64,000 bases of DNA from a virus (taxonomy: Duplodnaviria; Heunggongvirae; Uroviricota; Caudoviricetes): IMG/VR virus record IMGVR_UViG_3300017613_001587; one strand, 5' to 3'. Under the pieces are notes generated by a model. That model ran no database searches and was not told where the DNA came from. It saw only the letters and a program-made list of their open reading frames with translations. Positions 36,833-45,484 of the stretch are shown piece after piece (the first letter of the stretch is position 1; each line of letters starts with the position of its first letter). The translations under genes and the position numbers were made by a program.

Positions 36833-37251
36833 TGTTCATGCATACTGAATGGTTGGATGAACAATTCTGCACTCGGTGCTTGAGGCAGACAGAGCACGTA
36901 AAGTTCAGTTACGGAGAAGAGTGCACCATCACATGTCAATTCTGTCAAACGACTACGTCCGTTGTAGAGGAAGTAGAGGAAGCCGTGAAGAAAACCTTTA
37001 CAGTAATAGCGGTAGACGAACAATACAACAACCCCAAGCGCCGTATGGTCAAAGCGGAGATACGGGTAGAGTCTATGCCGGAAAGGTTTGGTGATCAAAA
37101 CGGCAAGACGGAAGATATTATGGTGCAATATCCTGCCTATGAGGACCAACACTTCACTGCTCAAGTTACTCCTGTAATAGGGAAAGACTTCAACTTTAAA
37201 GACGCCGCCAAAATTTCACTAGCGATAAAGCAATTTATCGGAAAGGAATAG
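36832..37251 (+). CDS. zinc-ribbon-domain protein
   Basis: CTRC..C..C at the N-terminus. Preferred over the antisense ORF at 36829-37164. Confidence 0.45.
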   Translation: MFMHTEWLDEQFCTRCLRQTEHVKFSYGEECTITCQFCQTTTSVVEEVEEAVKKTFTVIAVDEQYNNPKRRMVKAEIRVESMPERFGDQNGKTEDIMVQYPAYEDQHFTAQVTPVIGKDFNFKDAAKISLAIKQFIGKE

Positions 37252-37253
37252 CC

Positions 37254-37583
37254 ATGAATCTCAGAGGCATAAGATGGCGTAGGATAATCATACCGATAGT
37301 GTTGATAGCGCTGACGGTGTTTATATACCAGGGCTGGGCTGACTACAGCCAAAGGAAAACTGCCTATGAACAGTCGAAAGGCACATGGCAGAACGCTTAT
37401 GATAATGGCGTACTAATCAAAGAGACGGTTGAGAAGAAGGTGAGTGGCAACCATATCATTGAAGTCTCATACAGGCTGTATGATACAACTGGCGACGGCA
37501 TACCTGACTTCGAGATTGTATTAAAGTGGGGCAAGCCGACCTCATGGAAATACGCCGATGAGGAAGGTAAACCTTATGGCTGA
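37254..37583 (+). CDS. membrane protein
   Basis: ORF track. Confidence 0.45.
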   Translation: MNLRGIRWRRIIIPIVLIALTVFIYQGWADYSQRKTAYEQSKGTWQNAYDNGVLIKETVEKKVSGNHIIEVSYRLYDTTGDGIPDFEIVLKWGKPTSWKYADEEGKPYG

Positions 37584-37619
37584 GGCAACGAGTGCCAATA
37601 ATCCTGGAGGGATTACAAG

Positions 37620-38099
37620 ATGACTATCCTAAATATTCTTACCGTTGGTAATGACGGCGGTGTACTGTCCACTGAAACAGTAGACCTCACGAAAGCTGAC
37701 ATTCTTTCCTCGAAAATTCAGACGTTGATTGAGGATATGAAAGACACCTGTCATCACGTCGGCGGTGTCGGTTTAGCTGCAAACCAGGTAGGTGAGACTG
37801 CTAAGTTGTTTGTATACAAAGATCCCGCACCCTTCGGCGGATTCAAAACAATTATCAATCCGGTAATTCTTGCCGGAAGGAAAGGTAAGTTTAAGAGCAA
37901 AGGTGAGGGCTGCCTGAGTTTACCTGGCAGGCGCTTCACAGTGGTAAGACAAAAACAGCTGTGGGTCAATGGCCTCGACGAGAAAGGCGAGGAGATAGAA
38001 TTCATGACCAAAAGCAAACAACTCGCCAAGATCATCCAGCACGAAGTTGACCATCTATATGGTAGAACTATAGCTGACAAGGGCAAGGAGGTTACCTAA
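37620..38099 (+). CDS. def: peptide deformylase
   Basis: All three PDF motifs are present: GVGLAANQVG, EGCLSLPG and QHEVDHLYG. Confidence 0.85.
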   Translation: MTILNILTVGNDGGVLSTETVDLTKADILSSKIQTLIEDMKDTCHHVGGVGLAANQVGETAKLFVYKDPAPFGGFKTIINPVILAGRKGKFKSKGEGCLSLPGRRFTVVRQKQLWVNGLDEKGEEIEFMTKSKQLAKIIQHEVDHLYGRTIADKGKEVT

Positions 38100-38668
38100 T
38101 GGCAACCGATCTATTTGTATTAGCAGGGTTTTCTATAACTATGGGTTTGATACTGACCGTTATGGGTCTGTCCTTCTTGAGCCAGAATCTGAAATCCCTA
38201 GAGTTCACGGATCAATGGGGAGCCAACACCACTAACCAATACTACAAGAATCCTTTCTACACGCTGAACTCCAAGTATTGGCACTACCGACCGAAGGGAG
38301 CGGTGGTGGTCACCAAAAAACAATGGGAAGACATAGAAAAGAACATAGGGATCAAGGTCACCGAGGCTAAGAAGCGCGGCCTAAAGCTAGGTAGGAAGTC
38401 CCTAATGATTGATATAGAGGACGCGATAAAAGAAAAGCAGGCCACAACATTCCCTACCAGCCCCTATGCAGTACTACAGGTAGAGTCCAGCGCCCCTATG
38501 GATGAGATCAGACAAAGATATGAATTCCTTAAAGGTATCTATGACCCGCGTAATTTTGTGGAATTGGATAAAACCTTTATCGAATTGGCTGATATTCGCT
38601 GTAAACAGCTCGACAAAGCCTGGAAAAGCATTAACTACGGTTTAACCAGTAGCAAGGGTGATATTTAA
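38099..38668 (+). CDS. membrane-anchored hypothetical protein
   Basis: ATGG overlap; N-terminal transmembrane helix. Confidence 0.45.
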   Translation: MATDLFVLAGFSITMGLILTVMGLSFLSQNLKSLEFTDQWGANTTNQYYKNPFYTLNSKYWHYRPKGAVVVTKKQWEDIEKNIGIKVTEAKKRGLKLGRKSLMIDIEDAIKEKQATTFPTSPYAVLQVESSAPMDEIRQRYEFLKGIYDPRNFVELDKTFIELADIRCKQLDKAWKSINYGLTSSKGDI

Positions 38669-39120
38669 TGCATGACGGTTATATCTCAAATCCCAGGCCA
38701 TTATGGAACGACGATGATGAGGAGACCCGTGCCCGACGTATTATGACACTAGGTAGTATTACTGGTGGTATAGTAGTAAAGGTAACAAAGAAAGGTGTCT
38801 TCTTCAACGGTTACTATGCTGGCCTACGTGAACCCAAGAAGTATGCGAACGTAAGAGAGTTCGTCTTCATGTCTTGGGATGACTTTGATAAGATGAGAGA
38901 GTCTGTTTTCCGTCGAAGACCTGTAAAGAAAAAGGTGGTAGAGCGGGAACCCGACGCTATCGATGCCAAGCCAGACAAGAAGTATCTGGCTTCCCTGCCC
39001 CAGGTCACCTTAAACGATAAAAAGTATTATATAGATATGGATAGGCAAGAGCGCCGTCCTGTCGATAACCCAGATCAGGTCTACAACTTCGAGCAACAAG
39101 CTGCTAAGATTCCTTCTTGA
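38668..39120 (+). CDS. hypothetical protein
   Basis: ATGC overlap with the upstream stop. Confidence 0.45.
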   Translation: MHDGYISNPRPLWNDDDEETRARRIMTLGSITGGIVVKVTKKGVFFNGYYAGLREPKKYANVREFVFMSWDDFDKMRESVFRRRPVKKKVVEREPDAIDAKPDKKYLASLPQVTLNDKKYYIDMDRQERRPVDNPDQVYNFEQQAAKIPS

Positions 39121-39135
39121 TAGGAGAATAACAAC

Positions 39136-39393
39136 GTGATTACTTTGTATGAATATGCCCAGACTGATTGCGGATTCATAGAGACTGGGAAACAGGAATA
39201 TGAGTACTCCTGCCCCCATTGCTACAAGGCTATAAGATGGATAAAGGGCGAGCAGCTTTCACCAGCCAACTGTCTTGGTTGCTTCGAGCAACTGATGGAT
39301 ATCAGCAGAATAGCAGCTAACGCGGATTGGCGAATACAGTATCATTTTTCGGGAGAGGTGGCAGTTATATGCGAGTCTTCAGTGCACGGATAG
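39136..39393 (+). CDS. zinc-ribbon paralog 1 of 5 (GTG start; C-terminal RIQYHF)
   Basis: CPHC..C..C. Confidence 0.4.
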   Translation: MITLYEYAQTDCGFIETGKQEYEYSCPHCYKAIRWIKGEQLSPANCLGCFEQLMDISRIAANADWRIQYHFSGEVAVICESSVHG

Positions 39394-39584
39394 AGGGAAG
39401 CTGGGCACCTCCTATAAAGGTACAATGTCCTTCCTGCAATAGGAATATTACCTTCTATACCAATCTCAATGGAAACAAATGCAAATTCTGCTGGGAAGTA
39501 TTACCTTTCCCCGCCCGAATGGCAAAAGATATTAAATTAAGGGTAGAATACCATGTTCAGACTGAAGCAGAAGAAAGTACCTAA
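39369..39584 (+). CDS. zinc-ribbon paralog 2 (C-terminal RVEYHV)
   Basis: CPSC..CKFC. Confidence 0.4.
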   Translation: MRVFSARIEGSWAPPIKVQCPSCNRNITFYTNLNGNKCKFCWEVLPFPARMAKDIKLRVEYHVQTEAEEST

Positions 39585-39750
39585 ATTGATGTACATATTA
39601 TGTAGTTGTGGTAAGGAGACCAGTTTCTCTGGAACAGCGTGTCCTATAGTGTGTCATCATTGTAGTGCAATACTTCCAGATGCTTTGGAAATTCACCGGT
39701 GCGTAAAAGAAAGATCTACATATCACCGAGATAAGGAGATATACGATTGA
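39553..39750 (+). CDS. zinc-ribbon paralog 3 (C-terminal STYHR)
   Basis: CSCG..CHHC. Confidence 0.4.
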   Translation: MFRLKQKKVPKLMYILCSCGKETSFSGTACPIVCHHCSAILPDALEIHRCVKERSTYHRDKEIYD

Positions 39751-40025
39751 TTACTGTCATCCAGAAGGAAAGATGGCAACTTGGTCCCTGGTGTTTAGCA
39801 TGTATTCAACAATCTGGCCCGGCTGACTTAATGATATGTAAGTTATGCATGGGCTACGTAGCTACTTACTGGAAATGTCCTAGCTGCCATAGGATAGACC
39901 ACTACTATGCTCATGATGAGCCAGCCGCCTGTGCTTGTGGCTTCGTCCTGCCTAGTGTGGAAGATCTCAAACACGAAAAATCAGCCAGGGTAATGTACCA
40001 AACAGCTAAGGAACTGTATGATTAA
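39747..40025 (+). CDS. zinc-ribbon paralog 4 (C-terminal RVMYQT)
   Basis: CKLC..CPSC. Confidence 0.4.
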   Translation: MITVIQKERWQLGPWCLACIQQSGPADLMICKLCMGYVATYWKCPSCHRIDHYYAHDEPAACACGFVLPSVEDLKHEKSARVMYQTAKELYD

Positions 40026-40090
40026 AGTTACTGAAGACGGGATAGAGCAAGACGAACCGATAGAGCTCTCCCAGGAAGACTTGGATTTCA

Positions 40091-40432
40091 TTGGCGAAAT
40101 GTTCGATGACTTCGCCGACCATCAAAAACATCCATTGGATCGGCCAGATAGGGAGTGGAATGCTTAGCCTACAGAGACAAGATCTACATCTGAGATCGCC
40201 GAGATGCCACGATTTTTGTAAGAACTATCGTGTAGAAGGGTGTCTCAACGATTGTAATATGCGCTTCCGTGGTATATATGAGTGTCCACACTGTTCTACT
40301 ACAGGCTGCTATTACGGGAATAATAATCCCCTCTGCTGTCCAATGTGTAAAAGACCTTTACCAGATTATTGGAAACTCGAGCGCAGTAGTGATCCCTCAG
40401 CTCGTATTACTTACCACTTAAACGACAACTGA
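40091..40432 (+). CDS. zinc-ribbon paralog 5 (C-terminal RITYHL)
   Basis: CPHC..CPMC. Confidence 0.4.
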   Translation: MAKCSMTSPTIKNIHWIGQIGSGMLSLQRQDLHLRSPRCHDFCKNYRVEGCLNDCNMRFRGIYECPHCSTTGCYYGNNNPLCCPMCKRPLPDYWKLERSSDPSARITYHLNDN

Positions 40433-40445
40433 TACAGAGGTATAA

Positions 40446-41210
40446 ATGCTTTCATTTCAATTTGCAAACTATGGATGGGGTACGTCAGCCAGTAAAGAGT
40501 TCAAATGGGTTTATACCCATCCAGATCCCAAAAATCCTGGTAAACTCGTAAACAGCAGTAAGAGTAACACCTGCCGGGAATATTTCGTCAAGAATCTCCG
40601 TTATCATATCAACCAGGGCGATGGCTTCATTCCTGAAGGCCGCCGTGCATATGCACTGGTCTCTTTTGGTATGCCGCGGAATGCATTATTCGAAGCCTGG
40701 CAAGATGCATTGAATAAAGCCGCAGAGAAGAGTATTTACATCATAAACTCTTACGAGAAGCATCATAAATGGCAGCGTACCCGGCTTTACCCGGTTAAAA
40801 CCGCTGGCGCTCCCATGGTGTTCTTTAATGGCCCAAAACGATGGACTATGTCCCCTTACCTGATGTCTATGTGGACACTTATGATTCGTATGGGGCGTAA
40901 TTCATGGTTGCCTAAGAAGCTCCTGAAAATGGGCCACGAGGAGATGGTGAAGTATATCACGAAAGCAGCTGACAATAGGGGCGGCGATGGGTATCAAGTT
41001 GCAAGATCTATACACGAATGGGACAACTTCATGGCTCTGTACAAAAAGTTGTTCGGTAACAATAATCGCAAATATCACTGGCAAGTAAGTCATCTCAATG
41101 GAAGGTCCGATAGACCTGAGGGCATCCAGAAACTCATGGATGGCACCACTGGCTACACATCACTACACAATAAGTACTATAAACTGAAAAAGGAGGCTGG
41201 TTTTAAATGA
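40446..41210 (+). CDS. hypothetical protein (254 aa)
   Basis: ORF track. Confidence 0.45.
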   Translation: MLSFQFANYGWGTSASKEFKWVYTHPDPKNPGKLVNSSKSNTCREYFVKNLRYHINQGDGFIPEGRRAYALVSFGMPRNALFEAWQDALNKAAEKSIYIINSYEKHHKWQRTRLYPVKTAGAPMVFFNGPKRWTMSPYLMSMWTLMIRMGRNSWLPKKLLKMGHEEMVKYITKAADNRGGDGYQVARSIHEWDNFMALYKKLFGNNNRKYHWQVSHLNGRSDRPEGIQKLMDGTTGYTSLHNKYYKLKKEAGFK

Positions 41211-41803
41211 AGTCACAAAAGAAGAAAAAATACACCCCGGAAGAAAGGGCGGCGATGTTCGAGCCGACTTACGTATTCGGTTATGGATCGTTGCTACTGG
41301 CTCATGGCATTAATGGACGTGGAATGAAGAAGAAGTACAAAGACTCCGATCTGATACCTTGCACCCTTAACGGATTTGCAAGGTCAATGTGTGGATTCTT
41401 TGGCGGTCGGAACTTCTACGGCCTGCTGGAAAATAAAAAGGCCAGTTGTAATGGTGTCATATTCAAGATTCACGACTGGTATGACTACCGCTCGTTTCTA
41501 TACAGCGAAGGTGCCACTTCCGGCTACCGCCAGCATCGGACCTACTGGCCTATTCGCGTGACCACAAAGATCACCGGCTGTAAGAAGCCCACAGGCCATC
41601 GCGTCATGACACTGCTCTGTAAGGAAGATAAGGCCAACGTGGGCAGAGTCGAGAAAAGCTACATACATCTCTGTCATGAAGGCGCCAAACTCTGGGGCGC
41701 GGAATTCGAACAAACTTTTCTGCAGACCGGCGGTATCCCTTACGCCAAGAAGGGTAAGGAGATGAAGGCAATCGCCAAGGAGCATAACATTAAAACGTGG
41801 TAG
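41207..41803 (+). CDS. gamma-glutamyl cyclotransferase-like (GGCT/AIG2 fold) protein
   Basis: YVFGYGSLL..NGFAR..NGVIFKI..SEGATSGYRQ follows the GGCT YxxGSNL..GY.R..G.vy.I..EG..Y.R pattern. Confidence 0.5.
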   Translation: MKSQKKKKYTPEERAAMFEPTYVFGYGSLLLAHGINGRGMKKKYKDSDLIPCTLNGFARSMCGFFGGRNFYGLLENKKASCNGVIFKIHDWYDYRSFLYSEGATSGYRQHRTYWPIRVTTKITGCKKPTGHRVMTLLCKEDKANVGRVEKSYIHLCHEGAKLWGAEFEQTFLQTGGIPYAKKGKEMKAIAKEHNIKTW

Positions 41804-41812
41804 GAGGCCACC

Positions 41813-41986
41813 ATGGAAAGAACAGTCCAAGACCACATGTTAAGAGCCGCCGAGGAGGAAGTTTCCAAGGGAGTATGTCCTGAATATTGGCGGTTAGCGG
41901 GCGAAAGAGAGACCAGTCGGGAGGCTGATCTTGCTGAGGCCCTCACTCTACACGATTTCCCGTGTCAGAGCTATTTCCAGGCGTAA
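41813..41986 (+). CDS. small hypothetical protein (57 aa)
   Basis: GTAGGAGGCCACC-ATG. Confidence 0.35.
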   Translation: MERTVQDHMLRAAEEEVSKGVCPEYWRLAGERETSREADLAEALTLHDFPCQSYFQA

Positions 41987-42025
41987 TGGGCGCATAGTAC
42001 CCTAAATATAAGGAGGCCGTATAAT

Positions 42026-42910
42026 ATGGCAATTAGATCAAAAGTAGGACTCGAGGCGGAGTTCTTACTCATCAACGCTAAGGGTGAGATTATCATTCCG
42101 CCGTCGTCATGGGACCGTGATGGCTTCCCTCTACTCGGAGAAATCCGGGGTAAAGAGGGTGAAACCGTCGCCGAAACAGTAACCAACTTCCGCGCCAAAG
42201 AGATGGAGATCATCGAGGATATGCGTAGAGGACATTCCATGCGGATGTCTGATCTCGAGATGATCAAACTCGCTTTGTACAAGAAGGCCAATAAGGAAGT
42301 CAACTGGGCTGAGAAAGAAGCCGACATGGGTAAGATCAGGAACATCCATGGCGTAGATATTGAAGGGTTCTCAGATCAAGTTGTTAAAGGCAACAAGATC
42401 CAGGGTATTCGGATCAGCTGCGGCCTTCACATTCATTTCTCCTGCAGTGAGGACATTGACTATGATTATGAGCAGGAGCAGTATGAGCAGGTTATACTGC
42501 CGATCGGTATGGGTGATACCGGTATCTTCGTGGCCCAGCACAATGACATGGACACGCACGAAGAGCTGCCTTTGTCCCCACAGCAACTACTGGCTAAAGA
42601 GCTGCTCAGCCCGACTCTGTACTTGTACCGCCGTAAAGGGTATAAGAAGGAGAAGAACTTCAAGCTCAACGCCAGCCGCCTTAACAAGCCCGCTATTGAG
42701 TTCATCGTAGCCGCGCTTGATAAGGAGTTCTTCGAAAGATTTGCTCCACCGAAGGCGGATCGAACCAAATATCGCCAACCCGGATTCTTCGAACTCAAAC
42801 CGTATGGTTTTGAATATCGCAGTCTCCCGGCCAATGCTCAGGTTATGGAAGCTTTACCGGAGATCACCAGAAAGGCATTCGACCTGATCGAGGAGATCAA
42901 TGAGTACTAG
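42026..42910 (+). CDS. GCS2/YbdK-family carboxylate-amine ligase (gamma-glutamyl-cysteine-ligase-like amidoligase)
   Basis: N-terminal VGLEAEFLLIN plus GLHIHFS, which are characteristic GCS2 blocks. Confidence 0.55.
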   Translation: MAIRSKVGLEAEFLLINAKGEIIIPPSSWDRDGFPLLGEIRGKEGETVAETVTNFRAKEMEIIEDMRRGHSMRMSDLEMIKLALYKKANKEVNWAEKEADMGKIRNIHGVDIEGFSDQVVKGNKIQGIRISCGLHIHFSCSEDIDYDYEQEQYEQVILPIGMGDTGIFVAQHNDMDTHEELPLSPQQLLAKELLSPTLYLYRRKGYKKEKNFKLNASRLNKPAIEFIVAALDKEFFERFAPPKADRTKYRQPGFFELKPYGFEYRSLPANAQVMEALPEITRKAFDLIEEINEY

Positions 42911-43088
42911 TTACGAACGCACTATTCAATACGACTCAGGGAAGGACTCCGTGTTCAACGAGAATGCGGAGTCTCTCACTGAGGCACTCGACCGAGAGTT
43001 GAAATTTATTGGGAACCAGCGGACTACTAACAGTAGAAAGCTAGTGTCAATACATATAAAGGTGAGAGATGTCAACAGAGCAGCTTAA
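42900..43088 (+). CDS. hypothetical protein
   Basis: ORF track. Confidence 0.35.
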   Translation: MSTSYERTIQYDSGKDSVFNENAESLTEALDRELKFIGNQRTTNSRKLVSIHIKVRDVNRAA

Positions 43089-43239
43089 ATATAAGGTAAC
43101 CACATATAATATTGCGGGCGGGTCTATGACCTGCCAGCTCACTGCCGACAAAATCACCGACGCTCTTGACCATGAACTCGACTGGTGCCATAAACACCAC
43201 AAAAAGATAGAAGCCATCGAGGTCAAACAGATAAAGTAA
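43069..43239 (+). CDS. small hypothetical protein (56 aa)
   Basis: AAGGTGAGAG-ATG. Confidence 0.3.
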   Translation: MSTEQLKYKVTTYNIAGGSMTCQLTADKITDALDHELDWCHKHHKKIEAIEVKQIK

Positions 43240-43251
43240 GGAGGTCCCACC

Positions 43252-43404
43252 ATGTCCGAATTCAAAGAAGAACACATCATCAGTGCATTCAAGCGGTGTG
43301 TCAAGGAACTTAAGGCGGATCATATGTATGTCGATTCCAGCCTCGAAATTGACAAGCGCGGGAATGTAATCATATCAATCAGAGCCGATAACGAGCCTCG
43401 ATGA
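43252..43404 (+). CDS. small hypothetical protein (50 aa)
   Basis: AAGGAGGTCCCACC-ATG. Confidence 0.35.
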   Translation: MSEFKEEHIISAFKRCVKELKADHMYVDSSLEIDKRGNVIISIRADNEPR

Positions 43405-43634
43405 AATCCTCTAGATTTTACCAAACCTGTCTGCAGTTGATAGGGTCTGTTGGTGAGATCATCCTATTCCTCTGCGGTTTTTTCCTAGGCAAGGAAATGT
43501 TCGTGACTGCTCTTATTTTTCTTATTATCCGTATCGTTCATAAAATTATCATTTCCGAGCTTATGTACCGTAGATCTATTGTTGTCGTAAGGGAGGAGGT
43601 TAAACCGGATGTTCAGAATGAACCCTGCCGTTAG
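43401..43634 (+). CDS. membrane protein
   Basis: ORF track. Confidence 0.4.
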   Translation: MKSSRFYQTCLQLIGSVGEIILFLCGFFLGKEMFVTALIFLIIRIVHKIIISELMYRRSIVVVREEVKPDVQNEPCR

Positions 43635-44106
43635 ACAATACCTAATACATAGTTATCTATACTATGAGCTGAATGAGTCTGTTATTTCGGATCATGAATA
43701 TGATCAACTGTGCGTCGAACTGCTAAAGTCTGACGTTGACCATCCTCTGGTTGACAAGGGAAACTTAGAGGCTGGGACTGGTTATAATATAAAGGACTAC
43801 CCGAAGGATATTATAGAGGAAGCTAAAAAGCTCCTCAAGAGTGCCCCTAAACCTGCCGCTGGCACCGATCCTTATGAAAAGAAGCCGTTGATATTCACCG
43901 GTGAACCGGGTGAGACCTATATACTGCTGGGGATGTACATAGACTTCGGTTATGCCAAGGAAAGAGACAGGCAGGATGAGATAAGAACAGAGCTCCAAAA
44001 GCGTTGGGACTCAAAAGACGCCGGTCATCGGGCTTCATTCCAGAAGTACTTCGATTCTTGGGACGAAGGCCTGGAAAGGTTTAAATTAAATGGAAAGAGC
44101 ACCTGA
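43609..44106 (+). CDS. hypothetical protein whose N-terminus resembles the NMN-binding Ia domain of NAD-dependent DNA ligase
   Basis: AVRQYLIHSYLYYELNESVISDHEYDQLCVELLK can be compared with the LigA Ia HxYxYYVxDxPxISDxEYDxLxxEL pattern. Confidence 0.4.
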   Translation: MFRMNPAVRQYLIHSYLYYELNESVISDHEYDQLCVELLKSDVDHPLVDKGNLEAGTGYNIKDYPKDIIEEAKKLLKSAPKPAAGTDPYEKKPLIFTGEPGETYILLGMYIDFGYAKERDRQDEIRTELQKRWDSKDAGHRASFQKYFDSWDEGLERFKLNGKST

Positions 44107-44174
44107 TCACGTACCATGTGAAGCTAAGATCTGCAAGAACTACAAAGACTATGCCAAGGGGTGTGTCTATATAG

Positions 44175-44534
44175 ATGTTGCAATCAACAGCCGCGGCAAA
44201 TGCAAGTTCTTCGCCAGAAAAAAACCATACCCGAGGACTAAAAAGCGTGGGCAATAAGACCATAGATATACCTCTAGATGTGGGAGATACAGTCATGATA
44301 AGGAAGTATGCTGTTAATCCTGGCTTCTGGGATACTCAATATCAAATGTACAAGCTTGCAGAATTGGGCGAGCTCCATAAAATTGCACACGTAAGAAACC
44401 CAGATAGACTCTTGTTAGAGGGGTCACAGTGGGTGTGGCGCCGTAAAGACCTCGTACTGCTTGTCAAAAGAAAGGGAAGCTTTAGAGATCCTAACCGAGC
44501 CTTTATGGCAGCGAAGGGACTAGGCAAACGATGA
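44175..44534 (+). CDS. paralog-family protein (VGDTVMIRKY..W..; C-terminal DPNRAFMAAKGLGKR)
   Basis: Aligns with 20435 and 20697; the start is uncertain. Confidence 0.4.
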   Translation: MLQSTAAANASSSPEKNHTRGLKSVGNKTIDIPLDVGDTVMIRKYAVNPGFWDTQYQMYKLAELGELHKIAHVRNPDRLLLEGSQWVWRRKDLVLLVKRKGSFRDPNRAFMAAKGLGKR

Positions 44535-44761
44535 ATCATCTACAAAACGCCGTAATGAAATGCTATCACCAGTACAAAAGACACTGGGCTGGGTATTTAA
44601 TCCCTAAAGAGATATTAGCACTAAGGGATATCGGCATAAAATGTAGGGATGATTACATCGATGTAGCCATATACTGGAAGAGAAAAGGCTGGAATAATGG
44701 TCGATGGTTTTATTTTGACGCAAACAAAAAATTCGAAAGGTTAAAAGGAGTACGTAAATAA
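44531..44761 (+). CDS. hypothetical protein
   Basis: ATGA overlap with the upstream stop. Confidence 0.4.
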   Translation: MNHLQNAVMKCYHQYKRHWAGYLIPKEILALRDIGIKCRDDYIDVAIYWKRKGWNNGRWFYFDANKKFERLKGVRK

Positions 44762-45300
44762 TGCCTTGTCTATTAGATAAAGATCAGCCACTTCGCGTGC
44801 AAACCTCTAAAGGTGGAGTCATTCACGCTGGGGATTATCATATATTCGGCGGTTATACTTCGTGGAATAGCCTTACTGGCAAGAAAAATATTCCAAGAGA
44901 AGAAGACGTCCGTACGGCCTGCTCCTGGAAAAGAGTATCCAAGAGCAAAATCGTGTCCAATAAGAAACCCATCACCTGCAAGAACTGCATGAAGAAGATC
45001 GGGATGGTAGAGGGACCTGTATTCCCAGATCGTTTCGTGGTTCGTAGAAAAGACACTGGTGAGTTCTTTAAGAATACCCGAAGCCGTTGCTCTGTATGGG
45101 CCGATGATCTCACTGATGCCTGGTTTTATAAGCGTCGTGGTGATGCCATGCGGAAGATAAAACGAGTACGTTATGTCGACAGAGACGGCGTAGCACACGA
45201 CTGTAGCCTTTTTGATGCCAGAAGGCTGGGGTACAAACGTGAAGTATACGAGGACCCCAACATGGAGATCAAGAAGATCAGAATAACATTGGAAGATTAA
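44761..45300 (+). CDS. hypothetical protein (ITCKNC block shared with 45502-45960)
   Basis: ORF track. Confidence 0.45.
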   Translation: MPCLLDKDQPLRVQTSKGGVIHAGDYHIFGGYTSWNSLTGKKNIPREEDVRTACSWKRVSKSKIVSNKKPITCKNCMKKIGMVEGPVFPDRFVVRRKDTGEFFKNTRSRCSVWADDLTDAWFYKRRGDAMRKIKRVRYVDRDGVAHDCSLFDARRLGYKREVYEDPNMEIKKIRITLED

Positions 45301-45305
45301 TACAT

Positions 45306-45393
45306 GCCCCCGTAGCTCAGTGGAAGGCTAACGCCGCAGAGCATAGGACTTCTAATCCTTGTGCCGCAGGTTCGAATCCTGCCGGGGGTACCA
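45306..45393 (+). tRNA. tRNA-Arg(TCT)-like with a 10-nt insertion (mini-hairpin GGCTAACGCC) in the D-loop; CCA is encoded
   Basis: The cloverleaf was built by hand. The acceptor GCCCCCG/CGGGGGT and T-arm GCAGG-TTCGAAT-CCTGC are identical to the next tRNA. The anticodon loop is CTTCTAA. The D-loop is 20 nt. Confidence 0.55.
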
Positions 45394-45406
45394 CTTTCTA
45401 AAGTAT

Positions 45407-45484
45407 GCCCCCGTAGCTCAGTGGATACAGAGCGCTCGGCTACGAACCGAGAGGTCGCAGGTTCGAATCCTGCCGGGGGTACCA
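45407..45484 (+). tRNA. tRNA-Arg(ACG)
   Basis: Canonical 78-nt cloverleaf with D-stem GCTC/GAGC, anticodon loop CTACGAA and T-loop TTCGAAT; ACCA at the 3' end. Confidence 0.8.

Noticed and set aside
45306-45393. Long tRNA as tRNA-Sec
   Set aside because: The anticodon is UCU, not UCA. The extra length is in the D-loop and not in the acceptor stem, D-stem or variable-arm architecture of tRNA-Sec.
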